A program made the translations under genes and the position numbers. A DNA stretch of 64,000 bases from Centroscyllium fabricii (taxonomy: Eukaryota), in contig JBNRSN020000001.1 in the NCBI GenBank assembly GCA_051313645.2, positions 238,142,001 to 238,206,000 of the forward strand, given 5' to 3'. The notes under the pieces are model-generated. The model was not told the DNA's origin. It saw only the letters and a list, made by a program, of their open reading frames with translations, and did no database searches. Of the stretch, positions 1 to 12,520 are shown piece by piece (the first letter of the stretch is position 1; each line of letters starts with the position of its first letter).

Positions 1-319
1 GCTGTTTATGTCCCTTCATCAGTCTTGTTTATACCATTCACTTTGGAGGTTGGAGCAACTTTGCAAAGAGTTGAGGATTCACTGGCTTACAAGGCTAGTT
101 TTAAACACTATTTTCAGTTAATCAAACGCTCAGAATGTAAATATTGAAAGAGGTGGTGAAGAGGTAAAGCTGGATGTCATCAGTGTGCTCATGGAAGTGG
201 AGCCCCAATATTGCACAGGTTAAAATAATCTGAAAGATTGCAAATATAACCCGTCCTTTATTGTCATTCTTCAATCATCCTGTTTATCCTCAATTTGTAC
301 AGATAATTGAGGGCACGGT

Positions 320-700
320 GGGCGGCACGGTGGCACAATGGTTAGCACTGTTGCCTCACAGCTCTGGAGACCCGGGTTCAAATCTCAGCCTCGGGTGACT
401 ATCTGTGTGGAGTTTGCACAGTCTCCCCGTGTCTGCGTGGGTTTCCTCCGGGTGCTCCGGTTTCCTCCCACAGTCCAAAGATGTGCAGGTTAGGTTGATT
501 GGCCAGGATAAATTGACCCTTAGTGTTAGGGGGATTCAATATGTGGGGTTATGGGGATAGGGTGGGATATGGGTCAGTGCAGGCTCGATGGGGAGAAGGC
601 AGGGATAGGGTGTTGGGTTTGGATGATCAGCCATGATCTCATTGAATGGCGGAGCAGGCTCGAAGGGCCGAATGGCCTACTCCTGCTCCTATGTTTCTAT
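320..700 (+). mobile_element. tRNA-derived V-SINE with CR1-type tail (HE1-like)
   Basis: Pol III A box (TGGCACAATGG) and B box (GGTTCAAATC), V-domain (GTGGAGTTTGCACA...GGTTTCCTCCGGGTGCTCCGGTTTCCTCCCACAGTCCAAAGA); tail matches the 3' end of the CR1 at 43542-43640. Confidence 0.9.
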
Positions 701-744
701 AAGTGCCAATATACATCTATTGTCTAAACGTACTAACAAAATAA

Positions 745-1140
745 TTCAATTCAATTCAATTCAATTCAAGTTTTATTGTCATTGCAGAGTACTAGTACAA
801 TACAACGAGACGAAGACTCGACTCTCCCGAGAGTAGTGTAAACAAAATAAATAAATTACATAAATAAATTGCATACAGTAAAGTTCATTATCAGGCGTGC
901 AGGTAGCGGAGTTTCTTTTTAGAGTTCAGGAGGCTGATAGCCCTGGGGAAGAAGCTGTTCTGAAATCTAGTCGTGCGGGTGCAAATTGCTCTGTAGCGTC
1001 TCCCGGAGGGCAGAGGGGCGAACAGACTGTGGCTGGGGTGTGTGGGGTCTTTTATAATGTTCATAGACCTCCGTAAGCAGCGTTTGAGGTAGATGCTTTC
1101 CACTGATGGTAGCTGTGTACCGGTGATTCGTTGGGCAGTT
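745..1140 (-). mobile_element. Rex-Babar LINE, 5'-truncated 3' end
   Basis: ORF 891-1103 IIKDPTHPSHSLFAPLPSGRRYR...FQNSFFPRAI (Rex1/Babar RT C-terminus); (TTGAA)n tail at 745-768. Confidence 0.85.
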
Positions 1141-1854
1141 TATGGGTCTTTTTTAATGAGTTTTATACTAACAAGTAATCTATGCAATTTAAAAGTAATA
1201 CGTATTTTAGCGTAACAATCTTGAAAGATAGCAAGTTACTGTGCTTCTATACTGTATACATTACAGTGCAACACCAAACTCCTAAACTCAATGGGGTTGC
1301 TATATGATTAAAAAAAAATTATACTTGAAACCACGCTACACGTCCTCCTTTTAATTTCTGAGTCATCTTATTCATTCAGAGACTCATGTGTGCCAAAACC
1401 ACAGGAATGAGCAGGAGTCATCCCCTCCCCTGCACAGATACATTACCCGCAAAGTTTTTTTTCAAGTTCATTATTACTGGGTGACTGACCAGCGTTACTC
1501 TTCAGTTCTGCTCCTTTATCTAGCAGCCCCGCTTGAGATAGAAAAGTTAATCAGACTGCACAGAACAACAGGCATAATATCACACGAGGGTTTGATCAGT
1601 AATGCTAAAATACATCAGTTTCTGCGCTGCTGTGTCTATGTGAGATGCAAAAATAATGCATAAAGCATTAGTTTGATCAAGAGATCCTGAATATCTCTCC
1701 TAAAGAACCGGTGAGAAGCCCCATTGTGTGATCTCTCAGAACTGCCAAATTCCATGAGGTGCCGATCAATGGGGACAGTAGGCCCCAATCTCAGTCCCTC
1801 CCACATTCACCCTCATTCTCCAATCAGATTATGCTCCAATTAGATCAATCTGAT

Positions 1855-1925
1855 AATGCTCTTGTGAAGCGCCTTGGGACAGTTTACGACATTAAAGGCA
1901 CTATATAAATGCAAGTTGTTGTTGG
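1855..1925 (+). mobile_element. L2/Deu-SINE-type 3' tail remnant
   Basis: TGTGAAGCGCCTTGGGAC...AAAGGCACTATATAAATGCAAGTTGTTGTTG; related tail at about 48915-49000. Confidence 0.5.
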
Positions 1926-2274
1926 TGTAGATCAAGTACTTTACAAGGAAAGGGAAGGGGAGCGAACCTATATTAATAAAAATGTATTTATTTACTTCTA
2001 TTTTCTTGCACATTTTCTCCACACCTCCTCTCCTGGAAGTTCCAATTAGTTGCTAGGATGCAGTTCCACAGGTATCGGGCACCCTCCTTTACCTCGCCCA
2101 GTTCCGGTACCTCATTCAGTGGGTTAGGACAGGTTTAGGCTCAGCTATTAGATCTACCATGACTAAATGAGTGACTAAGTGAATGGCCATTGTTCATATC
2201 TGAGATAACAACAGAAAATGCTGGAAAAACTCAGCAGGCCAGGCAACATCCGTAGAGAGAGAAACAGAGTCAAT

Positions 2275-2918
2275 GGGGGGGGGATTTTCATGTCCCCGTG
2301 AGGCGGGGTTTGGGCGGCTGGGAGGTGAAAATGGCAGATTTTTGGGTCCCGCCCCAGCCCGTCGGAACCCCGCCGGTTTTGCATTTTCGGACGGCCTCTT
2401 TCCCCGCCCCGAATCTTTTCCACCGGCGGCCGGCGGGGATGGTTGTTGTGGTCCTTAAGGGCCCTTAATTGGCATCTGTACTGCCATTTTAAGGGCCCTT
2501 AGGAATTTCCAGCTGTTTCCCACCCTAATCCCGCCACCCTAAACCTGGGTTTCACCCAGCGGGAGCACAGTGCTGGTCATTACTTTCTCCGAGCTGTCAA
2601 GGATTCGGAGCCCGCCCGCCCACCTGTCAGGCACCAGCACTTGACCTTTCCCATTGGTTCCACTCGACTGTGATGTCACAGTGGAGTGTTTCCATGGGAA
2701 CTGTCAACAACCAGTGCTGGAACTGTCAATCAAACTGCTTGATCCCCGCTGCAGCCCCAACTCAATTGATTCAAGTACCACCGGCTGCCGCAGGCGGGGA
2801 TTTAATAACTCAATTAAATGAAAATTGCGTGGGGTTCCCAGGTCTTTGGCCAGGTGGGACAGGAACCCGCCCCGACCAATCCCCACCAGGTTCCCGCACT
2901 TCCGGCAAAATCGCCCCC
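2275..2918. mobile_element. Non-autonomous DNA transposon (MITE, PIF/Harbinger-like)
   Basis: TIRs GGGGGGATTTT / AAAATCGCCCCC, TSD AAT (2272-74 / 2919-21); homologous copies at 22876 and 32512. Confidence 0.75.
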
Positions 2919-2950
2919 AATGTTTCAGGTCGAAACCCTTCGTCAGGACT
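2919..2950 (-). ncRNA. Minimal hammerhead ribozyme of Penelope-like element (disrupted)
   Basis: Minus strand AGTC-CTGACGA-AGGGTTTCGACCT-GAAA-CATT; the 3' strand of stem I (GACT) is displaced by the MITE. Confidence 0.55.
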
Positions 2951-3347
2951 GAAAAAACACAGGAAGTAAAACAGATTAAAAGGCCAGTTTGGGGGCTGGG
3001 AAATGGGGATGAAAGAACAAAAGAGAATTGAAGAGACATTGAGAGACATTCGTATCTGAGCCTTGGCAGTAAGCATTGGCATTTTATTCAAGCACAGTAG
3101 CTTCAAAGTTGAGACCAATCCTATCCTCACCCCATATCCATACAAATGGGCATCTCCTCGGAATCGCTGGTTAGGAATTAGGAGCAGGAGCCTTTGCCAA
3201 TTTAACCCTCCAGGCCTCCACAGAAAATGGGTGCTGGTGTCAATTAGATGACCTCTACTGGCACTCCAACTTAGAATAACTAACTCAGCACAAACCAAGA
3301 CTTGGAACCGAAGATCAAAGCCAAACCTCCCTGGACTGCATAACTCA

Positions 3348-3950
3348 GGGATGACACGGTGGCGCAGTGGTTAGCAATGCTGCCTCGCAATAAGGAGCTC
3401 GTGGGTTCAAATGCTGCTTGGCTCGGGACCTCTCTGCGTGGAGTTTGCATGTTCTCCCTGTGTTCGTGTGGGTTTCCTCCGGGTACTCCAGTTTCCTCCC
3501 ACCACCCAAAGACATGCAGGTTAGGTGAATTGGAGATACTAAAAAATGCCCATGTGTATGTGTGTGAAATATACACAGAAACATCGAAGATAGGAGCAGG
3601 AGTAGGCCATTCGGCCCTTCGAGCCTGCTCCGTCATTTTTTGTTGAGCTCATGGCTGATCATCCAAACCCAGCACCCCCTTCCTACCCTCTCCCCATATC
3701 CCCAGACAACCCCAACTCTAAGAACCAAAGACATGCAGGTTAGGTGACTAAAAATTGCCCATGAGTATGTGTGTGAGATATAATCTCAGTCCCTCCCACA
3801 TTCACCCTCATTCTCGGGGGATATGGGGAGAGGGTGGGAGGGGGGTGCTGGGTTTGGATGATCAGCCATGATCTCATCAAAAAATGACGGTGCAAGCTCG
3901 AAGGGCCGAATGGCCTACTCCTGCTCCTATCTTCTGTGTTTCTGTGTGTT
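3348..3950 (+). mobile_element. Rearranged tRNA/V-SINE (head, V-domain, inverted tail, partial duplication, forward tail)
   Basis: A/B boxes 3358-3412; tail inverted at 3573-3703 and forward at 3816-3948. Confidence 0.8.
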
Positions 3951-4084
3951 TCAGCGGCTCACTGGGCTATCTCTGAGCCATCTGGGGAGCCCTGTTCCTA
4001 TATCTGTACAAATTTATTTTTCAAATACAAGTTAAACCACAAGCATGTAATTCCATGCAGAAAACCAGTGAAAGTGCTCTGCAG

Positions 4085-4318
4085 AACATTATGAGTTAAT
4101 GCCTTCAGAAAATAAATTCCATAGCCTCACAAAGCATAAAGAAGTTTCTCGTACCGCTGCTCCAAATCTCTTAAATTTAATCTTGTATCTATGGCCCCTC
4201 ATTCTTGACTCAACTATTGGAAATAGTCTGCTGATATCTACCCTGTCCCAACCTTTCATCATTTTGAACGCTTCTATCATATTGCCCTGTAATCTACATT
4301 GTTCTAAGAAAAAAGTTC
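4085..4318 (-). mobile_element. Old CR1 LINE fragment
   Basis: MIEAFKMMKGWDRVDISRLFPIVESRMRGHRYK, CR1 ORF2 C-terminus. Confidence 0.7.
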
Positions 4319-4524
4319 CAGCCCAAGAAATTCGATCGCACTCAAAAACGGGTGCTCAGAGGGTTGGGGCGTACACTGCATGTGCCTGTTGTCCCAGACA
4401 GCACATAATATTCACGCTGCCTGCTCATTCTCGTGATGAGAATGATTCAGGCATCCAACCAGCGCTACTGGCATTATTCATTGGCTGCACGCCTGTTTGG
4501 GGAGGTCGGATATCGGACATCTCT

Positions 4525-4934
4525 GGGTGGCACGGTGGCATAGTGGTTAGCACTGTTGCCTTACAGCACTGGAGACCCGGGTTCAAATCCAGCCTCGGGT
4601 GACTATCTGTGTGGAGTTTGCACATTCTCCCCGTGTCTGCGTGGGTTTCCTCCGGGTGCTCCGGTTTCCTCCCACAGTCCAAAGATGTGCGTGTTAGGTT
4701 GATTGGCCATGATAAATTGACCCTTAGTGTTAGGGGGATTAAATGTGTGGGGTTGCGGGGGTGGGGTGCGATATGGATCGGTGCAGGTTTGATAGGGATA
4801 TGGGGAGAAGGCAGGGATGGGATACTGGGTTTGGATGATCAGCCATGATCTCATTGAATGGCTGAGCAGGCTCAAAGGGCCGAATGGCCTACTCCTGCTC
4901 CTATCTTCTATGTTTCTATGTCTATGTTTCTATG
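4525..4934 (+). mobile_element. HE1-like V-SINE
   Basis: Near-identical to 320-700; (TTTCTATG)n tail. Confidence 0.9.
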
Positions 4935-5019
4935 ATACTTAAAGTCAGCAGGACCTCTTAAAAGGGAGGTGCACTCTGGCTGAAGAAGGAAGGAAACATG
5001 TCTCAACACAGAAATCGAT

Positions 5020-7625
5020 TTTTTTTTAAATTTGTTTATGGAATGTGGGCGTTGCTGGCAAGGCCAGCATTTATTGCCCATCCCTAATTGCCCTTGAGAA
5101 GGTGGTGGTGAGGCCCCTTCTTGAACCGCTGCAATCATTTTTTTGAAGGTACTCCCACAGTGCTGTTAGGTAAGGAGTTCCAGGATTTTGACCCAGTGAC
5201 GATGAAGGATCGGCGATATATTTCCAAGTCTGGATGGAGTGTGACGTGGAGGGGAACTTGGAGGCGGTGGTGTTCCCATGTGCCTGCTGCTCTTGTCCTT
5301 CTAGATGGAGGAGGTCATGGGTTTGGGAGGTGCTGCCGAAGAAGCCTTGGCGAGTTGTTGCAGTGCATCTTGTAGATCGTACACGTTGCAGCCACAGTGC
5401 GCCGGTGGTGGAGGATGTGAATGTTAAGGTGGTGGATGGGGATGCCAATCAAGCTGGCTGCTTTGTCCTGGATGGTGTCGAACTTCTTGAGTGTTGTTGG
5501 AGCTGCACTCATCCAGGCAAGTCACACTCCTGACTTGTGTCTTGTAGATGGTGGAAAGGCTTTGGGGAGTCAGGAGGTGAGACACTCGCCGCAGAATACC
5601 TAGCCTCTGGCCTGCTCTTGTTGCCACGCTGGTCCAGTTAAGTTTCTGGTCAATGGTGAGCCCCCACAATGTTGATCATAGCGGATTCAGCAATGGTAAT
5701 ACCGTTGAATGTCGAGGGGCGGTGGTTAGACTCTTGCTTGTTGGAGACAGTCATTGCCTGGCACTTGTGTGACGCGATTGTTACCTGCCACTTATCAGCC
5801 CAAGCCTGAACGTCGTCCAAGTCTTGTTGCATGCGGGCATGGATTGCTTCATTATCTGAGGAGTTGTGAATGGCACTGAACACTGTGCAGTCATCAGCGA
5901 ACATCCCCATTTCTGACCTTGTGTTGGAGGGAAGGTCATTGATGAAGCAGCTGAAGATGGATGGGCCTAGGACACTGCCCTGAGGAACTCCTGCAGCGAT
6001 GTGCTGGGGCTGTGATGATTGATCTTCAACCACTACAACCATCTTCCTTTGTGCTAGGTATGACTCCAGCCAGTGGAGAGTTTTCCCCCCGATTCCCATT
6101 GACTTCAGTTTTACAAGGGCTCCTTGATGCCACACTCAGTCAAATGCTGTCTTGATGTCAAGGGCAGTCACTCTCACCTCACCTCTGGAATTCAGCTCCT
6201 TCGTCCATGTTTGGACTAAGGCTGTGATGGGGTCGAGAACCAAATGGTCTTGGCGGAATCCAAACTGGGCATCAGTGAGCAGGATATTGGTGAGTAAGTG
6301 CCACTTTATAGCACTGTCGATGACACCTTCCATCACTTTGCGGATGATTGAGTGTAGACTGATGGGACAGTAATTGGCCGGGTTGGATTTGTCCTGCTTT
6401 TTGTGGACAGGACATACCTGGGCAGTTTTCCACATTGTCGGATAGATGCCAGTGTTGTAGCTGTACTGAAACAGCTTGGCTAGAGACACAGCTAGTTCTG
6501 GAGCACAAGTCTTCAGCACGATAGCTGGGATGTTGTTGGGGCCCACAGCCTTTGCTGTATCCAGTGTGCTCAGACATTTCTTGATATCACGTGGAGTGAA
6601 GCGAATTGGCTGAAGACTGGCTTCTGTGATGGTGGGGACCTCAGGAGTAGGCTGATATGAATCATCCACTCACACTTCTGGCTAAAGATGGTTGCAAATG
6701 CTTCAGCCTTGTCTTTTGCCAATTCCACCATCATTGAGGATGGGGATATTCATGGAGCCTCCTCCTCCCATTAGTTGTTTAATGGCCCACCACTATTCAT
6801 GACTGGATGTGGCAGGACTGCAGAGCTTTGATCTGATCTGTTGATTGTGAGATTGCTTAGTCCTGTCTATGGCATTCCGCTTCCACTTTTTAGCATGTAG
6901 TCCTGTGTTGCAGCTTCCCCAGGTTGGCACCTCATTTTTAGGTACGCCTGGTGCTGCTCCTGGCATGCTCTTCTACACTCCTTATTGAACCAGGGTTGGT
7001 CCCCTGGCTTGATGGTAGTGGTAGAGTGTGGGATATGCCAGTCCATGAGGTTACAGATTGTGGTGGAATACAATTCTACTGCTGCTGATGGCCCACATCA
7101 CCTCATGGATGCCCAGTTTTGAGCTGCTAGATCTGTTCTGAATCTATCCTATTTAGCATGGTGGTAGCGCCACACTACACGATGGAGGGTGCCCTCAGTG
7201 TGAAGACGGGACTTCATCTCCACAATGACTGTGCAGTGGGCACTGCTACCAATGCTGTCATGGACAGATGCATCTGTGACAGGTAGATTGGTGAGGATGA
7301 GTTCAAGTAGATTTTCCCTCGTGTTGGTTCTCACCACCTGTCGCAGGCCCAGACTGGCAGCTATGTCCTTCAGGACTTGGCCAGCTCGGTCAGTAGTGGT
7401 GCTACCGAGCCACTCTTGGTGATGGACATTGAAGTCCTCCACCCAGAGTGCATTCTGTTCTCTTGCTACTCTCAGTGCTTCTTCCAAGTGGTGTTCAACA
7501 TGGAGGAGCACTGATTCATCAGCTGAGGGATAGCGGTAGGTGGTAATCAGCAGGAGGTTTCCTTATCCATACTTAACCTAAATCCATGAGACTTCATGGG
7601 ATCCGGAGTCAATGTTGAGGACTCC
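5020..7625 (-). mobile_element. Degraded CR1-group LINE ORF2 (endonuclease remnant + RT)
   Basis: Fragmented ORFs: DFNVHHQEWL, LLELILTN, NPANYCPISL, AQFGFR, LDIKTAFD, GVPQGSVLGP, FADD; stops and frameshifts. Confidence 0.9.
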
Positions 7626-7789
7626 CCCGCTTTCCTTCACTCTACTACAATCACCTAACCACACTTCACTACACTTCCCTTCTTCTCACACTCACCATGA
7701 TTGCAATCCATACTTCCCCATACCTCAAATCTTACACACTGAATACCTGCTATTCCAATACAATAGGCACATTCTCTATTTTCTTTTCA

Positions 7790-8900
7790 GAAGAAGGTTA
7801 CACACAGCCAGCGGAGGAGGCCCAGCCTCCTCCATGCTGGCCATCACAGGCCAGGGCAGGGTCATGGCTGTGGTGACTGGCAATTCTGGAGGAGACATTG
7901 AGCAGTGTTTCTTCAAACCTTATCATCTTTTACTCTTATTACTTCTATTACATGCTTCATGACAGACCACAGGTGCTAACCCTTCTTACTCTTTATAATT
8001 TCAGGCGTTAATAATGTGGATACACCTATGTCAGTGGAGGAAAAGGAGGTCAGCCTTCCTAAAAATCCAATGTCACTCGATCTCACCCTTGCAAGCTCCA
8101 GATATTGGCACCACACGTACTTAAGAGGCTAGTCTAGAGGGGGCGGGGGGCCAGGGAAATCGCCAGGCACAAGTGTGCAGGAGCTAGGGCAAATGGATTG
8201 GACGTACCAGGTGCCAGCTTGCCAGAGTGTGAAATCACATACTAGCTCTGCTGCAGAGGACTCAGATACTGACTTCGAGGGCCCAGCCTACCAAAGAAGG
8301 CTGATGGGCGGACAGCAAGAAATGCTAGATGCACTGGACCATCTGCCAGCGAGCTTGTGCGCAATGTCACAGAGCATGGTGGAGTCCAGCTCCAACTTGT
8401 GGCAAAGGTTCGCCCAGAACATGGACATCATCCTGTCCAACATGGATCAAGTAGTTAGCTCCATCAACACAACAGTGGCGCCCCTTGGAGCCTCTCATGA
8501 CAGCTCTCACTGCTGCCATGGCAGCTCAGTTGGCTGGCATCTTGGCTTTGGGAGCCACTGTTGACAGGGGCTTCCAGAGCATCACGTCACTCCTGCACTC
8601 TGTTCTCTCGCAGAGCCGCAGGAGTGCTGAGGCGCCGTCCCATGGGAGAGGCGCCTGCTGTCATCTCTCAGGACGATAACATGCCCACTGCCCCGCCACC
8701 CACTCTGCCAGTGCCCTTGTTAGTCCCACACAGTGAGCTGGGCCACATTGCCTCGGCCACGCTGTGATACTGCAGTGTGCTGTCAGGCCCTCAAAGCCCA
8801 GAAAGGCTCAAGGTCATCCACCACAGCCATCTGAAGTGTTCTCAAGGGAAGTTCAGCAGCCCTCCACCTCCCAAGCTGTAGTCACTGGGGAAACATTTCA
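7790..8900 (+). pseudogene. Possible remnant of a Harbinger-type Myb/SANT accessory gene
   Basis: Splice-acceptor-like sites (7790, 8004) and a low-complexity helical ORF 8175-8564; recalled similarity only. Confidence 0.3.
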
Positions 8901-9944
8901 TAGGAGCACTAGGATAGGTAAATAAGCACACAAGCTGAATTAGATAAATGAGATTGCAGCTTAAATCTAACAATAACGGTAGACCTACAAAGATAGCAGG
9001 AATATGTAGTTTTTGTATAGTTATTCCATCTCTCTTTGTTGGTTTTCATCCTTTCTTCCCTTTCTCTCTGGGAGGCAGTGATTTGTGCTGGAATACAATT
9101 CAGCCCTTTGGTACCTTTGAGGCCAGACCATGAGTGTTGTTGGCATGTTGTTCCTGCATGGGGGGCATCGCAGCTGCGTATGATTCTGTCCAAACCAGAC
9201 ACCCACGTGTAAGCTCTTTCAGCAGGGGATCATTGAACAGTGATCAGGAGCAGGAACCTTGGCTGATTTTTCCCCTTCCTAGCCTGCTAATTGAAGAGCC
9301 TCCAGTCGTGCCCCTGCTAAGATCAAGTAATTCAGTCCAGACCAGAGATCGAACTTGGAACCCTTTTGATTAATATGGCTCAGTGCCAAACCACTAATCC
9401 ACTAAATAATTATTTATTTTTATCTGCCTTTTCTGATTTTCTAGAGTAAGCTATGAATACAGTACTAACAATCATTTTTCAAGACACATGCATATCATAA
9501 TGCTTTCTAATCCTGCACAGATGGGATTTTATTCCAGCTCAGAGATCCTGTCAAAACATAATAAAATAAATTTAAATTAATATTGGGATGTCTATTCTCA
9601 CATTAATTTACATAAATTTTCTTCAGAATTTCTTCAGTAAATTTGCTAAATGAGATATGCATAATATAAAGACAGTTCTCTTCCATGGCAATCAAAGGAC
9701 AAATAAAAAGATTATTATTTTTAATGGACTTTGCATTAACAGATAATACTAAATCCGATTATCATTAATGTCTACAAAAGATTACAAAATACTTGTTGAA
9801 GCATAACATTTGTTCAGAATGTACTGGAACTGCTGTAGGCTATCATATACTTACTGTCCTGAAAAAAGTCACATTGTAAATAAATTTATGGTTCAGTAAA
9901 GGCGAAGATGCAAATTGTGTGAATGACTATAGTTGCTGATATAA

Positions 9945-10340
9945 GGACATATGGACATAAGAATTAGGAGCAGGGGTCAGCCATATGGCCCCTCGAGCCT
10001 GCTCCGCCATTCAATAAGATCATGGCTGATCTTCGATCTCAACTCCATATCCAGCGCTGGTGAGGTGGCTGCCGTCTTACGGGCTCCGGACGTGCCGGGC
10101 AGCTTGGTGCTCTTCGTTGCGCGGTGCGTTCAGCTCGTAAAATAAGCATTTTACTGTCTAGATTGCTCGTTGTATTCTAGTACATGTAACAAATAAAATT
10201 TGAATTTTGAATTTGAATTTGAATATCCCTTGATTTCCCATGAGTCCAAAAATCTATCTCTCTCAGCCTTGAATATACTCAATGATTCAGCTTCCACAGC
10301 CCTTTTGGGCAGAGAATTCCAAAGATAACTCTTTGATCAC
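9945..10340 (-). mobile_element. CR1 3' end remnant, interrupted
   Basis: Similar to the CR1 3' end at 43542-43780. Confidence 0.7.
10053..10222 (+). mobile_element. Short retroposon with RSg-1/Rex-like 3' tail
   Basis: TSD ATATCC (10047-52 / 10223-28); TAAGCATTTTACTGT...GTTGTATTC...CATGTAACAAATAAAA and (TTTGAA)n tail. Confidence 0.65.
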
Positions 10341-10405
10341 TGGTGCTTCTTTCTGTAAATTGTTTTACACAATGAGAGTTAGATCTGCATGTGGAGGGTG
10401 AGTTG

Positions 10406-11800
10406 TTACCTGCCCCCAATGCTAGCTGACATTGTAAATGGTTCTCTCCCCTCCGGTACTGTCCCCCTCCCTTTCAAAACTGCCATCATCACTTCCCTCC
10501 TTAAAAAAAAATCCACCCTCCAGGAAGGGAAGTTGAATGGGCAAATGTTTAGTGGGAATGTGGTTAAGGGAGCAGGAGGTGGATCTCATGGACGGCATGA
10601 GTGGAGATGGGAGAGAAACTAGAGAGAGAGAATGAGAGAGAGAGGGAGACAGGGATTCAGTGCTAGGACAAGGTAGAGCACAATGGAAGTTTGACTTGGT
10701 GGGCAAGGGGAAAGGGGGGAAGCACCAGAGGCAGCTGGATTGGATGGTCGCAATCATAATGACAAAAAAGTCCAGGAGCTTACATAGAAACATAGAAACA
10801 TAGAAGATAGGAGCAGGAGTAGGCCATTCGGCCCTTCGAGCCTGTTCCGCCATTCAATAAACATAGAAACATAGAAACTAGGAGCAGGAGTAGGCCATTC
10901 GGCCCTTCGAGCCTGCTCCGCCACTCAATGAGATCATGGCTGATCATCCAAACCCAGCACCCTGTCCCTGCCTTGTCCCCATATCCCTCGTTCCCTATCG
11001 AGCCTGCATCGACACATATCCCACCCTATGTAACCCCACATATTCAATCCCCCTAACACTAAGGGTCAATTTATCCTGGCCAATCAACCTAACCCGCACA
11101 TCTTTGGACTGTGGGAGGAAACCGGAGCACCCGGAGGAAACCCATGCAGCCACGGGGAGAATGTGCAAACTCCACACAGATAGTACCCGAAGCTGGATTT
11201 GAACCCGGGTCTCCAGTGCTGTGCGACAGCAGTGCTAACCACTGTGCCACCGTGCTGCCCATGGATCATGGCTGATCATCCAAACCCAGTACCCTGTCCC
11301 TGCCTTGTCCCCATATCCCTAGATCCCTATCGAACCTGCACCGACACATATCCCACCCTATCCCACTTGTTGGTGGAGGTAGGGTGGTGGGGACATGAGC
11401 TAAGGAAATGGGATGGGTGGCAGTGCAGAAAAGAAGCTGGGGTTATCTTTGCTCTCCAAGATAATCCTGAATTAATGGGTGGTTTTGGCAGAGGATATTG
11501 AAGCCCCATAGTGCTTGATGAGGTCCAGCTAGATCTGCTAATGAATGGCTAAACCAGTTGCATACCAGATATACTTAAATCTGCACACTTTGGAACTGAG
11601 TGAGCGAAGATGGGGGCCAAATTATGAGGAATGGCCAGGATGGGAGAGAATAAAGGTTTTGCTGAAGCAAAGGCCGCCAAAGGTGGAGGTGACGTAATGG
11701 TTGGGCAAACCAACGGCTATAGAGATATCATGGCAAATGGAGAGCCAAAGGCTAGGCGGTGGGAAATACTGAACCAAATGTAGAATATCCAGCATAAAAC
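10406..11800. mobile_element. Degraded L2-like LINE with internal inversion, interrupted by SINEs
   Basis: LADIVNGSLPSGTVPLPFKTAIITSLLKK on + (10406-10520); the remainder is homologous to 52960-53740 on the - strand. Confidence 0.55.
10782..11365 (-). mobile_element. HE1-like V-SINE (10861-11260) with flanking partial tail copies
   Basis: Reverse complement of the 320-700 family; extra tail pieces at 10782-10860 and 11265-11365. Confidence 0.88.
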
Positions 11801-12204
11801 ACCCAAAATGTACTGGGAGACAGTAGGTTCTTTCTGGGTTAAAAACAGAAAATGCTGGAAATACTCAGCAGGTCAGCCAGCATCTGCGGAGGGAGAAACA
11901 GAATTAACGTTTTAGGTTGATGGCCTTTCATCAGAACTGGAAAAAGTTAGAGATGTAACAGGTTTTAAGCAAGTACAGAGGCAGGGAAAGGTGGGGAGGG
12001 GAGGAAAGAACAAAATGGAAGGTCTGTGATACGGTGGAAGGCAGGAGAGATTAAATGGCAAAATTCAATTCAATTCAATTCAATTTTATTGTCATTGCAG
12101 TGTACTAGTACAATACAATGAGACGAAGACTCGCCTCTCCCGAGAGTAGTGCAAATAAGTTACATAAAATTGCATACAATAAAGTACATTTCAGGTGTGC
12201 AGAT

Positions 12205-12440
12205 TGACGTATCGTCAATTAATCATACAAAGACGAGTAGTTACCTAAACTACAGACGTTTATTAACTAAGAATGGAGCTGGTCTCCTGATGAGGTCAAG
12301 GTGAAAAATGAGTGGGGGCAGGGCAGCACTCACCTATATACTCCGATCTGAGGGGAGGAGTTAGGGGTAGGCTGACCTGGCCTAAAATATTATAAAGGTA
12401 GACCAGCAACTATGTACAGTGGTTATACACGGTTACCACA
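12205..12440 (-). repeat. 3' LTR of Gypsy B
   Basis: Direct repeat of 21112-21348. Confidence 0.95.
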
Positions 12441-12520
12441 TTCACCCCTTCTTTAAAAACAAGTCCGGCGGGGTGTACATGCCTGAGGGTGGGAAAAAAA
12501 AGATATACATGCAGAGTCTT

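Larger units (their letters stand above)
2205..3045 (-). mobile_element. Penelope-like element terminal fragment, interrupted by a MITE
   Basis: ACAGAAAATGCTGGAAAAACTCAGCAGG... is homologous to 11840-12060; carries a hammerhead core. Confidence 0.65.

Noticed and set aside
320-395. tRNA genes at SINE heads
   Set aside because: A/B boxes run directly into the V-domain and LINE tail; these are SINE heads
2272-2921. MITE inserted exactly at the hammerhead cleavage site, suggesting targeting
   Set aside because: Single event; the other two copies of the MITE are not at ribozyme sites
9210-9405. Possible ancient SINE remnants (also about 1980-2190 and 3100-3345)
   Set aside because: Too degraded to assign family or boundaries by eye
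9845-9870. Minus-strand micro-exon-like TTTTTTCAG-GACA-GTAAGT
   Set aside because: 4-nt exon with no supporting gene context; likely chance
11900-11940. Additional hammerhead in the Penelope remnant
   Set aside because: Core GAAA is mutated to AAAA and stem II is degenerate; probably inactive
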